The notes under the pieces were generated by a model. The model searched no databases and was not told the origin of the DNA. It was given only the letters and a program-made list of their open reading frames with translations. From the human T2T-CHM13v2.0 reference genome, Homo sapiens, in NCBI RefSeq assembly GCF_009914755.1, contig NC_060941.1: DNA of 64,000 nt. One strand, 5' to 3'. Position numbers and translations under genes: made by a program. Shown here one piece after another: positions 41,501-54,467 of this stretch. Each line of letters starts with the position of its first letter. Position 1 is the stretch's first letter.

Positions 41501-44500
41501 CCTTGCGATGTAGCAGTTTAGAAACACACTTTCTGCAGAATCTGCAAGTGCATATTTGGACCTCTGTGAGGAATTCGTTGGAAACGGGATAATTTCAGCT
41601 GACTAAACAGAAGCAGTCTCAGAATCTTCTTTGTGATGTTTGCATTCAAATCCCCGAGTTGAACTTTCCTTTCAAAGTTCACGTTTGAAACACTCTTTTT
41701 GCAGGATCTACAAGTGGATATTTGGACCACTCTGTGTCCTTCGTTCGAAACGGGTATATCTTCACATGACATCCAGACAGAAGCATCCTCAGAAGCTTCT
41801 CTGTGATGACTGCATTCAACTCACGGAGTTGAACACTCCTTTTGAGAGCGCAGTTTTGAAACTCTCTTTCTGTGGCATCTGCAAGGGGACATGTAGACCT
41901 CTTTGAAGATTTCGTTGGAAACGGAATCATCTTCACATAAAAACTACACAGATGCATTCTCAGGAACTTTTTGGTGATGTTTGTATTCAACTCCCAGAGT
42001 TGAACTTTCCTTTGGAAAGAGCAGCTATGAAACACTCTTTTTCTAGAATCTGCAAGTGGACGTTTGGAGGGCTTTGTGGTTTGTGGTGGAAAAGGAAATA
42101 TCTTCACCTAAATACTAGATAGAAGCATTCTCAGAAACTGCTTTGTGATGATTGCATTCACCTCACAGAGTTGAACATTCCTATTTATAGAGCAGTTTGG
42201 AAACACTCTTGTTGTGGAATGTGCAAGTGGAGATTTGGAGCGCTTTGAGGCCTATGGTAGTAAAGGGAATAGCTTCATAGAAAAACTAGACAGAAGCATT
42301 CTCAGAAAATACTTTGTGATGATTGAGTTTAACTCACAGAGCTGAACATTCCTTTGGATGGAGCAGGTTTGAGACACACCTTTTGTAGAATCTACAAGTG
42401 GATATTTGGACCTCTCTGAGGATTTCGTTGGAAACGGGATAACTGCACCTAACTAAACGGAAGCATTCTCAGAAACTTCTTGGTGATGTTTGCATTCAAA
42501 TCCCAGAGTTGAACCTTCCTTTGATAGTTCAGGTTTGAAACACTCTTTTTGTAGGATCTGCAAGTGGATATTTGGACCACTCTGTGGCCTTCGTTCGAAA
42601 CGGGTATATCTTCGCATAAAATCTAGACAGAAGCCTTCTCAGAAACTTCTCTGTGATGATTGCATTCAACTCACAGAGTTGAACCCTCCTATGGATAGAG
42701 CAGTGTTGAAACTCTCTTTTTGTGGAATCTGCAAGTGGATATGTGGACCTCTCCGAAGATGTCTTTGGAAACGGGAATATCTTCACATAAAAACTAAACA
42801 GAAGCATTCTCAGAAACTTCTCTGTGATGTTTGTGTTCAACTCCCAGAGTTTCACATTGCTTTTCATAGAGTAGTTCTGAAACATGCTTTTCGTAGTGTC
42901 TACAAGTGGACATTTGGAGCGCTTTCAGGCCTGTGGTGGAAAACGAATTATGGTCACATAAAAACTGGAGAGAAGCATTGTCAGAAACTTCTTTGTGATG
43001 ATTGCATTCAACTCACAGAGTTGAAGGTTCCTTTTCAAAGAGCAGTTTCCAATCACTCTTTGTGTGGAATCTGCAAGTGGATATTTGGACCTATTTTGAA
43101 GATTTCGTTGGAAACGGGAGAATCTTCACAGGAAAGCTAAACAGAAGCATTCTCAGAAACTTCTTTGTGATGCTTGCATTCAACTCACAGAGTTGAACTT
43201 TCCTTTCGAGAGAGAAGCTTTGAAACACTCTTTTTCCAGAATCTGCAAGTGGACATTTGGAGGGCTTTGAGGCCTGTGGTGGAAAAGGAATTATCTTCCC
43301 GTAAAAGCTAGATAGAAGCATTCTCAGAAACTACTTTGTGATGATTGCATTCAAGTCACAGAGTTGAACATTCCCTTTGACAGAGCAGTTTGGAAACTCT
43401 CTTTGTGTAGAATCTGCAAGTGGAGATATGGACCGCTTTGAGGCCTATGGTAGTAAAGGAAATAGCTTCATATAAAAGCTAGACAGTAGCATTCACAGAA
43501 AACTCTTGGTGACGACTGAGTTTAACTCACAGAGCTGAACATTCCTTTGGATGGAGCAGTTTCGAAACACACTATTTGTAGAATGTGCAAGTGGATATTT
43601 AGGCCTCTCTGAGGATTTCGTTGGAAACGGGATAAACCGCACAGAACTAAACAGAAGCATTCTCAGAACCTTCTTCGTGATGTTTGCATTCAACTCACAG
43701 TGTTGAACCTTTCTTTGATAGTTCAGGTTTGAAACGGTCTTTCTGTAGAAACTGCAAGTAGATATTTGGACCGCTCTGAGGATTTCGTTGGAAACGGGAT
43801 AACCCGCACAGAACTAAAACAGAAGCATTCTCAGAACCCTCTTCGTGATGTTTGCATTCAACTCACAGTGCTGAACCTTTCTTTGATAGTTCAGCTTTGA
43901 AACACTCTTTTTGTAGAAACTGCAAGTGGATATTTGGTCCTCTCTGAGCATTTCGTTGGAAACGGGATAAACTGCACAGAACTAAACAGAAGCATTCTCA
44001 GAACCTTCTTCGTGATGTCTGCATTCAACTCACAGTGTGGAACCTTTCTTTGATAGTTCAGGTTTGAAACACTCTTTTTGTAGAAACTGCAAGGGGATCA
44101 TTGCACTCTTTGAGGAGTACCGTAGTAAAGGAAATAACTTCCTATAAAAAGAAGACAGAAGCTTTCTCAGAAAATTCTTTGGGATGATTGAGTTGAACTC
44201 ACAGAGCTGAGCATTCCTTGCGATGTAGCAGTTTAGAAACACACTTTCTGCAGAATCTGCAAGTGCATATTTGGACCTCTGTGAGGAATTCGTTGGAAAC
44301 GGGATAATTTCAGCTGACTAAACAGAAGCAGTCTCAGAATCTTCTTTGTGATGTTTGCATTCAAATCCCCGAGTTGAACTTTCCTTTCAAAGTTCACGTT
44401 TGAAACACTCTTTTTGCAGGATCTACAAGTGGATATTTGGACCACTCTGTGTCCTTCGTTCGAAACGGGTATATCTTCACATGACATCTAGACAGAAGCA

Positions 44501-47500
44501 TCCTCAGAAGCTTCTCTGTGATGACTGCATTCAACTCACGGAGTTGAACACTCCTTTTGAGAGCGCAGTTTTGAAACTCTCTTTCTGTGGCATCTGCAAG
44601 GGGACACGTAGACCTCTTTGAAGATTTCGTTGGAAACGGAATCATCTTCACATAAAAACTATACAGATGCATTCTCAGGAACTTTTTGGTGATGTTTGTA
44701 TTCAACTCCCAGAGTTGAACTTTCCTTTGGAAAGAGCAGCTATGAAACACTCTTTTTCTAGAATCTGCAAGTGGACGTTTGGAGGGCTTTGTGGTTTGTG
44801 GTGGAAAAGGAAATATCTTCACCTAAATACTAGATAGAAGCATTCTCAGAAACTGCTTTGTGATGATTGCATTCACCTCACAGAGTTGAACATTCCTATT
44901 GATAGAGCAGTTTGGAAACACTCTTGTTGTGGAATGTGCAAGTGGAGATTTGGAGCGCTTTGAGGCCTATGGTAGTAAAGGGAATAGCTTCATAGAAAAA
45001 CTAGACAGAAGCATTCTCAGAAAATACTTTGTGATGATTGAGTTTAACTCACAGAGCTGAACATTCCTTTGGATGGAGCAGGTTTGAGACACACCTTTTG
45101 TAGAATCTACAAGTGGATATTTGGACCTCTCTGAGGATTTCGTTGGAAACGGGATAACTGCACCTAACTAAACGGAAGCATTCTCAGAAACTTCTTGGTG
45201 ATGTTTGCATTCAAATCCCAGAGTTGAACCTTCCTTTGATAGTTCAGGTTTGAAACACTCTTTTTGTAGGATCTGCAAGTGGATATTTGGACCACTCTGT
45301 GGCCTTCGTTCGAAACGGGTATATCTTCGCATAAAATCTAGACAGAAGCCTTCTCAGAAACTTCTCTGTGATGATTGCATTCAACTCACAGAGTTGAACC
45401 CTCCTATGGATAGAGCAGTGTTGAAACTCTCTTTTTGTGGAATCTGCAAGTGGATATGTGGACCTCTCCGAAGATGTCTTTGGAAACGGGAATATCTTCA
45501 CATAAAAACTAAACAGAAGCATTCTCAGAAACTTCTCTGTGATGTTTGTGTTCAACTCCCAGAGTTTCACATTGCTTTTCATAGAGTAGTTCTGAAACAT
45601 GCTTTTCGTAGTGTCTACAAGTGGACATTTGGAGCGCTTTCAGGCCTGTGGTGGAAAACGAATTATGGTCACATAAAAACTGGAGAGAAGCATTGTCAGA
45701 AACTTCTTTGTGATGATTGCATTCAACTCACAGAGTTGAAGGTTCCTTTTCAAAGAGCAGTTTCCAATCACTCTTTGTGTGGAATCTGCAAGTGGATATT
45801 TGGACCTATTTTGAAGATTTCGTTGGAAACGGGAGAATCTTCACAGGAAAGCTAAACAGAAGCATTCTCAGAAACTTCTTTGTGATGCTTGCATTCAACT
45901 CACAGAGTTGAACTTTCCTTTCGAGAGAGAAGCTTTGAAACACTCTTTTTCCAGAATCTGCAAGTGGACATTTGGAGGGCTTTGAGGCCTGTGGTGGAAA
46001 AGGAATTATCTTCCCGTAAAAGCTAGATAGAAGCATTCTCAGAAACTACTTTGTGATGATTGCATTCAAGTCACAGAGTTGAACATTCCCTTTGACAGAG
46101 CAGTTTGGAAACTCTCTTTGTGTAGAATCTGCAAGTGGAGATATGGACCGCTTTGAGGCCTATGGTAGTAAAGGAAATAGCTTCATATAAAAGCTAGACA
46201 GTAGCATTCACAGAAAACTCTTGGTGACGACTGAGTTTAACTCACAGAGCTGAACATTCCTTTGGATGGAGCAGTTTCGAAACACACTATTTGTAGAATG
46301 TGCAAGTGGATATTTAGGCCTCTCTGAGGATTTCGTTGGAAACGGGATAAACCGCACAGAACTAAACAGAAGCATTCTCAGAACCTTCTTCGTGATGTTT
46401 GCATTCAACTCACAGTGTTGAACCTTTCTTTGATAGTTCAGGTTTGAAACGGTCTTTCTGTAGAAACTGCAAGTAGATATTTGGACCTCTCTGAGGATTT
46501 CGTTGGAAACGGGATAACCCGCACAGAACTAAAACAGAAGCATTCTCAGAACCCTCTTCGTGATGTTTGCATTCAACTCACAGTGCTGAACCTTTCTTTG
46601 ATAGTTCAGCTTTGAAACACTCTTTTTGTAGAAACTGCAAGTGGATATTTGGTCCTCTCTGAGCATTTCGTTGGAAACGGGATAAACTGCACAGAACTAA
46701 ACAGAAGCATTCTCAGAACCTTCTTCGTGATGTCTGCATTCAACTCACAGTGTGGAACCTTTCTTTGATAGTTCAGGTTTGAAACACTCTTTCTGTAGAA
46801 ACTGCAAGGGGATAATTGCACTCTTTGAGGAGTACCGTAGTAAAGGAAATAACTTCCTATAAAAAGAAGACAGAAGCTTTCTCAGAAAATTCTTTGGGAT
46901 GATTGAGTTGAACTCACAGAGCTGAGCATTCCTTGCGATGTAGCAGTTTAGAAACACACTTTCTGCAGAATCTGCAAGTGCATATTTGGACCTCTGTGAG
47001 GAATTCGTTGGAAACGGGATAATTTCAGCTGACTAAACAGAAGCAGTCTCAGAATCTTCTTTGTGATGTTTGCATTCAAATCCCCGAGTTGAACTTTCCT
47101 TTCAAAGTTCACGTTTGAAACACTCTTTTTGCAGGATCTACAAGTGGATATTTGGACCACTCTGTGTCCTTCGTTCGAAACGGGTATATCTTCACATGAC
47201 ATCTAGACAGAAGCATCCTCAGAAGCTTCTCTGTGATGACTGCATTCAACTCACGGAGTTGAACACTCCTTTTGAGAGCGCAGTTTTGAAACTCTCTTTC
47301 TGTGGCATCTGCAAGGGGACATGTAGACCTCTTTGAAGATTTCGTTGGAAACGGAATCATCTTCACATAAAAACTATACAGATGCATTCTCAGGAACTTT
47401 TTGGTGATGTTTGTATTCAACTCCCAGAGTTGAACTTTCCTTTGGAAAGAGCAGCTATGAAACACTGTTTTTCTAGAATCTGCAAGTGGACGTTTGGAGG

Positions 47501-50500
47501 GCTTTGTGGTTTGTGGTGGAAAAGGAAATATCTTCACCTAAATACTAGATAGAAGCATTCTCAGAAACTGCTTTGTGATGATTGCATTCACCTCACAGAG
47601 TTGAACATTCCTATTGATAGAGCAGTTTGGAAACACTCTTGTTGTGGAATGTGCAAGTGGAGATTTGGAGCGCTTTGAGGCCTATGGTAGTAAAGGGAAT
47701 AGCTTCATAGAAAAACTAGACAGAAGCATTCTCAGAAAATACTTTGTGATGATTGAGTTTAACTCACAGAGCTGAACATTCCTTTGGATGGAGCAGGTTT
47801 GAGACACACCTTTTGTAGAATCTACAAGTGGATATTTGGACCTCTCTGAGGATTTCGTTGGAAACGGGATAACTGCACCTAACTAAACGGAAGCATTCTC
47901 AGAAACTTCTTGGTGATGTTTGCATTCAAATCCCAGAGTTGAACCTTCCTTTGATAGTTCAGGTTTGAAACACTCTTTTTGTAGGATCTGCAAGTGGATA
48001 TTTGGACCACTCTGTGGCCTTCGTTCGAAACGGGTATATCTTCGCATAAAATCTAGACAGAAGCCTTCTCAGAAACTTCTCTGTGATGATTGCATTCAAC
48101 TCACAGAGTTGAACCCTCCTATGGATAGAGCAGTGTTGAAACTCTCTTTTTGTGGAATCTGCAAGTGGATATGTGGACCTCTCCGAAGATGTCTTTGGAA
48201 ACGGGAATATCTTCACATAAAAACTAAACAGAAGCATTCTCAGAAACTTCTCTGTGATGTTTGTGTTCAACTCCCAGAGTTTCACATTGCTTTTCATAGA
48301 GTAGTTCTGAAACATGCTTTTCGTAGTGTCTACAAGTGGACATTTGGAGCGCTTTCAGGCCTGTGGTGGAAAACGAATTATGGTCACATAAAAACTGGAG
48401 AGAAGCATTGTCAGAAACTTCTTTGTGATGATTGCATTCAACTCACAGAGTTGAAGGTTCCTTTTCAAAGAGCAGTTTCCAATCACTCTTTCTGTGGAAT
48501 CTGCAAGTGGATATTTGGACCTATTTTGAAGATTTCGTTGGAAACGGGAGAATCTTCACAGGAAAGCTAAACAGAAGCATTCTCAGAAACTTCTTTGTGA
48601 TGCTTGCATTCAACTCACAGAGTTGAACTTTCCTTTCGAGAGAGAAGCTTTGAAACACTCTTTTTCCAGAATCTGCAAGTGGACATTTGGAGGGCTTTGA
48701 GGCCTGTGGTGGAAAAGGAATTATCTTCCCGTAAAAGCTAGATAGAAGCATTCTCAGAAACTACTTTGTGATGATTGCATTCAAGTCACAGAGTTGAACA
48801 TTCCCTTTGACAGAGCAGTTTGGAAACTCTCTTTGTGTAGAATCTGCAAGTGGAGATATGGACCGCTTTGAGGCCTATGGTAGTAAAGGAAATAGCTTCA
48901 TATAAAAGCTAGACAGTAGCATTCACAGAAAACTCTTGGTGACGACTGAGTTTAACTCACAGAGCTGAACATTCCTTTGGATGGAGCAGTTTCGAAACAC
49001 ACTATTTGTAGAATGTGCAAGTGGATATTTAGGCCTCTCTGAGGATTTCGTTGGAAACGGGATAAACCGCACAGAACTAAACAGAAGCATTCTCAGAACC
49101 TTCTTCGTGATGTTTGCATTCAACTCACAGTGTTGAACCTTTCTTTGATAGTTCAGGTTTGAAACGGTCTTTCTGTAGAAACTGCAAGTAGATATTTGGA
49201 CCTCTCTGAGGATTTCGTTGGAAACGGGATAACCCGCACAGAACTAAAACAGAAGCATTCTCAGAACCCTCTTCGTGATGTTTGCATTCAACTCACAGTG
49301 CTGAACCTTTCTTTGATAGTTCAGCTTTGAAACACTCTTTTTGTAGAAACTGCAAGTGGATATTTGGTCCTCTCTGAGCATTTCGTTGGAAACGGGATAA
49401 ACTGCACAGAACTAAACAGAAGCATTCTCAGAACCTTCTTCGTGATGTCTGCATTCAACTCACAGTGTGGAACCTTTCTTTGATAGTTCAGGTTTGAAAC
49501 ACTCTTTTTGTAGAAACTGCAAGGGGATAATTGCACTCTTTGAGGAGTACCGTAGTAAAGGAAATAACTTCCTATAAAAAGAAGACAGAAGCTTTCTCAG
49601 AAAATTCTTTGGGATGATTGAGTTGAACTCACAGAGCTGAGCATTCCTTGCGATGTAGCAGTTTAGAAACACACTTTCTGCAGAATCTGCAAGTGCATAT
49701 TTGGACCTCTGTGAGGAATTCGTTGGAAACGGGATAATTTCAGCTGACTAAACAGAAGCAGTCTCAGAATCTTCTTTGTGATGTTTGCATTCAAATCCCC
49801 GAGTTGAACTTTCCTTTCAAAGTTCACGTTTGAAACACTCTTTTTGCAGGATCTACAAGTGGATATTTGGACCACTCTGTGTCCTTCGTTCGAAACGGGT
49901 ATATCTTCACATGACATCTAGACAGAAGCATCCTCAGAAGCTTCTCTGTGATGACTGCATTCAACTCACGGAGTTGAACACTCCTTTTGAGAGCGCAGTT
50001 TTGAAACTCTCTTTCTGTGGCATCTGCAAGGGGACACGTAGACCTCTTTGAAGATTTCGTTGGAAACGGAATCATCTTCACATAAAAACTATACAGATGC
50101 ATTCTCAGGAACTTTTTGGTGATGTTTGTATTCAACTCCCAGAGTTGAACTTTCCTTTGGAAAGAGCAGCTATGAAACACTCTTTTTCTAGAATCTGCAA
50201 GTGGACGTTTGGAGGGCTTTGTGGTTTGTGGTGGAAAAGGAAATATCTTCACCTAAATACTAGATAGAAGCATTCTCAGAAACTGCTTTGTGATGATTGC
50301 ATTCACCTCACAGAGTTGAACATTCCTATTGATAGAGCAGTTTGGAAACACTCTTGTTGTGGAATGTGCAAGTGGAGATTTGGAGCGCTTTGAGGCCTAT
50401 GGTAGTAAAGGGAATAGCTTCATAGAAAAACTAGACAGAAGCATTCTCAGAAAATACTTTGTGATGATTGAGTTTAACTCACAGAGCTGAACATTCCTTT

Positions 50501-51585
50501 GGATGGAGCAGGTTTGAGACACACCTTTTGTAGAATCTACAAGTGGATATTTGGACCTCTCTGAGGATTTCGTTGGAAACGGGATAACTGCACCTAACTA
50601 AACGGAAGCATTCTCAGAAACTTCTTGGTGATGTTTGCATTCAAATCCCAGAGTTGAACCTTCCTTTGATAGTTCAGGTTTGAAACACTCTTTTTGTAGG
50701 ATCTGCAAGTGGATATTTGGACCACTCTGTGGCCTTCGTTCGAAACGGGTATATCTTCGCATAAAATCTAGACAGAAGCCTTCTCAGAAACTTCTCTGTG
50801 ATGATTGCATTCAACTCACAGAGTTGAACCCTCCTATGGATAGAGCAGTGTTGAAACTCTCTTTTTGTGGAATCTGCAAGTGGATATGTGGACCTCTCCG
50901 AAGATGTCTTTGGAAACGGGAATATCTTCACATAAAAACTAAACAGAAGCATTCTCAGAAACTTCTCTGTGATGTTTGTGTTCAACTCCCAGAGTTTCAC
51001 ATTGCTTTTCATAGAGTAGTTCTGAAACATGCTTTTCGTAGTGTCTACAAGTGGACATTTGGAGCGCTTTCAGGCCTGTGGTGGAAAACGAATTATGGTC
51101 ACATAAAAACTGGAGAGAAGCATTGTCAGAAACTTCTTTGTGATGATTGCATTCAACTCACAGAGTTGAAGGTTCCTTTTCAAAGAGCAGTTTCCAATCA
51201 CTCTTTGTGTGGAATCTGCAAGTGGATATTTGGACCTATTTTGAAGATTTCGTTGGAAACGGGAGAATCTTCACAGGAAAGCTAAACAGAAGCATTCTCA
51301 GAAACTTCTTTGTGATGCTTGCATTCAACTCACAGAGTTGAACTTTCCTTTCGAGAGAGAAGCTTTGAAACACTCTTTTTCCAGAATCTGCAAGTGGACA
51401 TTTGGAGGGCTTTGAGGCCTGTGGTGGAAAAGGAATTATCTTCCCGTAAAAGCTAGATAGAAGCATTCTCAGAAACTACTTTGTGATGATTGCATTCAAG
51501 TCACAGAGTTGAACATTCCCTTTGACAGAGCAGTTTGGAAACTCTCTTTGTGTAGAATCTGCAAGTGGAGATATGGACCGCTTTG

Positions 51586-54467
51586 AGGCCTATGGTAGTA
51601 AAGGAAATAGCTTCATATAAAAGCTAGACAGTAGCATTCACAGAAAACTCTTGGTGACGACTGAGTTTAACTCACAGAGCTGAACATTCCTTTGGATGGA
51701 GCAGTTTCGAAACACACTATTTGTAGAATGTGCAAGTGGATATTTAGGCCTCTCTGAGGATTTCGTTGGAAACGGGATAAACCGCACAGAACTAAACAGA
51801 AGCATTCTCAGAACCTTCTTCGTGATGTTTGCATTCAACTCACAGTGTTGAACCTTTCTTTGATAGTTCAGGTTTCAAACGGTCTTTCTGTAGAAACTGC
51901 AAGTAGATATTTGGACCTCTCTGAGGATTTCGTTGGAAACGGGATAACCCGCACAGAACTAAAACAGAAGCATTCTCAGAACCCTATTCGTGATGTTTGC
52001 ATTCAACTCACAGTGCTGAACCTTTCTTTGATAGTTCAGCTTTGAAACACTCTTTTTGTAGAAACTGCAAGTGGATATTTGGTCCTCTCTGAGCATTTCG
52101 TTGGAAACGGGATAAACTGCACAGAACTAAACAGAAGCATTCTCAGAACCTTCTTCGTGATGTCTGCATTCAACTCACAGTGCTGAACCTTTCTTTGATA
52201 GTTCAGCTTTGAAACACTCTTTTTGTAGAAACTGCAAGTGGATATTTGGTCCTCTCTGAGCATTTCGTTGGAAACGGGATAAACTGCACAGAACTAAACA
52301 GAAGCATTCTCAGAACCTTCTTCGTGATGTCTGCATTCAACTCACAGTGTGGAACCTTTCTTTGATAGTTCAGGTTTGAAACACTCTTTTTGTAGAAACT
52401 GCAAGGGGATAATTGCACTCTTTGAGGAGTACCGTAGTAAAGGAAATAACTTCCTATAAAAAGAAGACAGAAGCTTTCTCAGAAAATTCTTTGGGATGAT
52501 TGAGTTGAACTCACAGAGCTGAGCATTCCTTGCGATGTAGCAGTTTAGAAACACACTTTCTGCAGAATCTGCAAGTGCATATTTGGACCTCTGTGAGGAA
52601 TTCGTTGGAAACGGGATAATTTCAGCTGACTAAACAGAAGCAGTCTCAGAATCTTCTTTGTGATGTTTGCATTCAAATCCCCGAGTTGAACTTTCCTTTC
52701 AAAGTTCACGTTTGAAACACTCTTTTTGCAGGATCTACAAGTGGATATTTGGACCACTCTGTGTCCTTCGTTCGAAACGGGTATATCTTCACATGACATC
52801 TAGACAGAAGCATCCTCAGAAGCTTCTCTGTGATGACTGCATTCAACTCACGGAGTTGAACACTCCTTTTGAGAGCGCAGTTTTGAAACTCTCTTTCTGT
52901 GGCATCTGCAAGGGGACATGTAGACCTCTTTGAAGATTTCGTTGGAAACGGAATCATCTTCACATAAAAACTATACAGATGCATTCTCAGGAACTTTTTG
53001 GTGATGTTTGTATTCAACTCCCAGAGTTGAACTTTCCTTTGGAAAGAGCAGCTATGAAACACTGTTTTTCTAGAATCTGCAAGTGGACGTTTGGAGGGCT
53101 TTGTGGTTTGTGGTGGAAAAGGAAATATCTTCACCTAAATACTAGATAGAAGCATTCTCAGAAACTGCTTTGTGATGATTGCATTCACCTCACAGAGTTG
53201 AACATTCCTATTGATAGAGCAGTTTGGAAACACTCTTGTTGTGGAATGTGCAAGTGGAGATTTGGAGCGCTTTGAGGCCTATGGTAGTAAAGGGAATAGC
53301 TTCATAGAAAAACTAGACAGAAGCATTCTCAGAAAATACTTTGTGATGATTGAGTTTAACTCACAGAGCTGAACATTCCTTTGGATGGAGCAGGTTTGAG
53401 ACACACCTTTTGTAGAATCTACAAGTGGATATTTGGACCTCTCTGAGGATTTCGTTGGAAACGGGATAACTGCACCTAACTAAACGGAAGCATTCTCAGA
53501 AACTTCTTGGTGATGTTTGCATTCAAATCCCAGAGTTGAACCTTCCTTTGATAGTTCAGGTTTGAAACACTCTTTTTGTAGGATCTGCAAGTGGATATTT
53601 GGACCACTCTGTGGCCTTCGTTCGAAACGGGTATATCTTCGCATAAAATCTAGACAGAAGCCTTCTCAGAAACTTCTCTGTGATGATTGCATTCAACTCA
53701 CAGAGTTGAACCCTCCTATGGATAGAGCAGTGTTGAAACTCTCTTTTTGTGGAATCTGCAAGTGGATATGTGGACCTCTCCGAAGATGTCTTTGGAAACG
53801 GGAATATCTTCACATAAAAACTAAACAGAAGCATTCTCAGAAACTTCTCTGTGATGTTTGTGTTCAACTCCCAGAGTTTCACATTGCTTTTCATAGAGTA
53901 GTTCTGAAACATGCTTTTCGTAGTGTCTACAAGTGGACATTTGGAGCGCTTTCAGGCCTGTGGTGGAAAACGAATTATGGTCACATAAAAACTGGAGAGA
54001 AGCATTGTCAGAAACTTCTTTGTGATGATTGCATTCAACTCACAGAGTTGAAGGTTCCTTTTCAAAGAGCAGTTTCCAATCACTCTTTGTGTGGAATCTG
54101 CAAGTGGATATTTGGACCTATTTTGAAGATTTCGTTGGAAACGGGAGAATCTTCACAGGAAAGCTAAACAGAAGCATTCTCAGAAACTTCTTTGTGATGC
54201 TTGCATTCAACTCACAGAGTTGAACTTTCCTTTCGAGAGAGAAGCTTTGAAACACTCTTTTTCCAGAATCTGCAAGTGGACATTTGGAGGGCTTTGAGGC
54301 CTGTGGTGGAAAAGGAATTATCTTCCCGTAAAAGCTAGATAGAAGCATTCTCAGAAACTACTTTGTGATGATTGCATTCAAGTCACAGAGTTGAACATTC
54401 CCTTTGACAGAGCAGTTTGGAAACTCTCTTTGTGTAGAATCTGCAAGTGGAGATATGGACCGCTTTG
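51586..54467 (+). repeat. Structural-variant HOR: 17-mer, 2882 bp (copy 20)
   Basis: ORF spacing jumps from 2715 to 2882 (51638 to 54520). The extra 167 bp is an exact tandem duplication, 51998-52182 = 52165-52349. Confidence 0.96.
52263..52279 (+). promoter_or_regulatory. Extra CENP-B box created by the 167-bp duplication
   Basis: TTTCGTTGGAAACGGGA, 167 bp after the box at 52096-52112. Confidence 0.93.

Larger units (their letters stand above)
1..51585 (+). repeat. 19 consecutive canonical 2715-bp 16-mer HOR copies (copies 1-19)
   Basis: The unit start AGGCCTATGGTAGTAAAGGAAATAG recurs at 1, 2716, 5431 ... 48871. ORF coordinates shift by exactly 2715 with no net indel; copies differ only by scattered SNVs. 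Confidence 0.97.

Noticed and set aside
51845-52263. Two ORFs unique to copy 20 (51845-52045 plus strand, 52036-52263 minus strand)
   Set aside because: They are by-products of the G>C at 51876 (which removes a TGA) and of the 167-bp duplication, not an inserted gene.
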